From Opitutales bacterium (GTDB taxonomy: Bacteria > Verrucomicrobiota > Verrucomicrobiia > Opitutales > UBA2987), in the NCBI GenBank assembly GCA_965226885.1, contig CBDDEL010000012.1, forward strand, positions 192,001 to 256,000: 64,000 bases of DNA. Reading direction: 5' to 3'. The notes under the pieces were generated by a model. That model was not told where the DNA came from. It saw only the letters and a list, made by a program, of their open reading frames with translations, and did no database searches. Positions within the stretch are counted from its first letter, which is position 1; each line of letters begins with the position of its first letter. Made by a program: the position numbers and the translations under genes. Positions 62,218 to 64,000 of the stretch are shown one piece after another.

Positions 62218-62924
62218 AGTATCGAGGGATAAAGCTGGCGGGCGTTTTTAAGCAGCGCAGCAACCAGCCAAGGTAAAAACGATCGGCCCAGGGGGGAATC
62301 CTGGCTTGCCGGCCACTGAGGAATGCGATGGCCGCCCCGGTGCAAATAATAGCCGGCCGATAGGGAAGAGATCGCCGCAAATAATAACCCAGGATTTCCT
62401 GCACCCCGCCGCCCAGGTTGACAATGCACCCCGCCGCCCAGGTTGACAATGATATAGCGGGGCCTTCTCTCCAAAAGCAGGGCCACAAGGGCATCGTCCT
62501 CGATCTCACCGGGATCATAATAAGGCGCCGTATAACATTCGGAAGGGCTGACACTAATGCCGTTTTCTTGCAACCAGGCACAATAAGCTTCTCCCTCATC
62601 CTCGCTGGGCATAATCCAAAACCGGTTTTCTTCCGCGCGAAAGGCTTCGTCATGCAAAATCAGATGGGCTAAAAACTTGAGACCCGAAAGGCGCTTCAGG
62701 GAGCCTCTTTTGAAGAGCTTCCAAAGAAGCGTCATGAAACCACTGTCGGGCAAAGCGATATCGCAGTTTTCCACTGCCTCCTGATAAAGCCGGTCTTGCC
62801 CCAGAGTCGCCAGGCCCGGACCGGAAGGCGCCAGAATGAGGCCGCCATCAGCCGCGCGGGCGGCAACCTCCTCCACAGCACCCGAAAAAAAACGGATGCC
62901 GAGTATGGTTGTAAATTGATTCAT
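62138..62924 (-). pseudogene. WecB/TagA/CpsF glycosyltransferase frameshifted by a 25-bp duplication
   Basis: GCACCCCGCCGCCCAGGTTGACAAT x2 at 62401-62450; removal joins NLGGGV-QEILG...CTGAAIAF..LGWL. Confidence 0.88.
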
Positions 62925-63045
62925 CTCCTCCTGAGTGGTTTCCATTCCAGGCAACTCAAATATGAAATGTACGACGGGAATTTTCCAATCGTTAAATGAA
63001 ACTTCCGGCGAAAAGGCAAAACCGGATTGGGCTCGGCCAGAGGCG

Positions 63046-63840
63046 CTAAAGAAAAATACGGCCTTTGGCGTAGAGCCTTGCTTGACCGATTAAATCGACT
63101 CTCTCACCGCGGTGGATGCATCGCAAATAACCTCTACGCGAGGATATCTGGATGGCCTCGAGCTGCTTTTTCCCGAGGATGTCCGACCAATAGGGGGTCA
63201 ACAGGCTGTGGGCGGAGCCGGTCACCGGGTCCTCCAGTATTCCGGCCTTGGGGGCAAAAAAACGGGAAACAAAGTCGCAATCCGGGCCGTCGCCCCGGGC
63301 CGTCACGATGATGCCGAAAGCATCCAGCCGGAGCAGGGCGTCCAGGTTGGGCACGAGGGCGGCCACTTTTTTTGCTTCCGGAAAAACGACCATCAAGTAG
63401 AGCCCCTCGAAACAACCCACGGTATCTCTTCCCAACCAATCGGCCAGGGGTTCGGGCAGGTCCACCGGCTTGACCATCAATGCCGGGAAATCCATCCGCA
63501 GGCATTCGCCGTCGCCGTCGCCATCCTTGTAAACCACCAATCGGCCGCTGCGGGTGTTAAACTCGACCTTCTCCATTGACGGGTTTTCCATGAATAGGAC
63601 GTAAGCCGCCGCCAGGGTGGCATGACCGCATAAATCGACCTCCACTTTGGGGGTGAACCAACGCAGGTGAAAGATTCCGTTTTGAGGGACGAAAAAGGCA
63701 GTTTCGGAAAGATTACTTTCGGCCGCAATCGATTGCAGGGTTTCGTCGTCCAACCAGGAATCTAGCGGGCAGACAGCGGCAGGGTTGCCACCGAAGAGTT
63801 TTTTTGTAAACACGTCAATCTGGTATAAAGGTATTTCCAT
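63046..63840 (-). CDS. PhzF-family isomerase/epimerase
   Basis: FGGNPAAV, NLSETAF, EVDLCGHATLA, EDPVTGSAH. Confidence 0.9.
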   Translation of the reverse strand: MEIPLYQIDVFTKKLFGGNPAAVCPLDSWLDDETLQSIAAESNLSETAFFVPQNGIFHLRWFTPKVEVDLCGHATLAAAYVLFMENPSMEKVEFNTRSGRLVVYKDGDGDGECLRMDFPALMVKPVDLPEPLADWLGRDTVGCFEGLYLMVVFPEAKKVAALVPNLDALLRLDAFGIIVTARGDGPDCDFVSRFFAPKAGILEDPVTGSAHSLLTPYWSDILGKKQLEAIQISSRRGYLRCIHRGERVDLIGQARLYAKGRIFL

Positions 63841-64000
63841 AGAGCCGGAAGAGTAGCGAATTTCGACCGTCAATAACAGTCACAAATCCTGATAAACGCA
63901 AAGAGCACAGTTTTTCAAATTTAGCAATTCAGGCAGAGCCGTATTCCCTTTCCACCCGGCAGATGCGGACGGTATATTTGTCGTACCACCGGCGCATGCC

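Noticed and set aside
63505..63525. GCCGTC repeat encoding DGDGDG in PhzF
   Set aside because: In-frame low-complexity loop; cannot be distinguished from normal variation.

Overview
Bacterial window, tentatively Verrucomicrobiota/Opitutales judging from gene content (inference, not a database result). It has three blocks. (1) About 1-28 kb is a large nucleoside-scavenging locus with no regulator gene. It encodes a TonB-dependent receptor, an exported 5'-nucleotidase, three CNT/NupC transporters, three tandem exported NUP-family proteins, an exported MTAP-like phosphorylase and an exported ADA2/ADGF-like deaminase. It also encodes cytidine deaminase, two uridine phosphorylases, psuG/psuK, a divergent HisI paralogue, an exported alpha/beta hydrolase and five Fe(II)/2OG dioxygenases (4 PhyH, 1 IPNS-like). 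Together these look like an uncharacterised system for importing and de-modifying modified nucleosides. Two CNTs with altered ribose-binding residues each sit tail-to-tail with a paralogous, probably leaderless PhyH gene. psuK continues in frame after the psuG TGA and has no start codon of its own. (2) About 28-36 kb holds ridA, a PhoD-family phosphatase, a BNR/sialidase, copA, a cNMP-binding protein, a Usp and an IS-truncated IPTL-CTERM protein; a 66-bp repeat precedes both ridA and the BNR gene. (3) About 38-63 kb is a decaying Wzm/Wzt surface-polysaccharide locus with an RfaH-like NusG paralogue and a perfect enterobacterial-type ops element. It is damaged by IS1380, IS1, IS3 and IS630 insertions (one glycosyltransferase is hit by three different IS) and by short exact tandem duplications that recur across the window.
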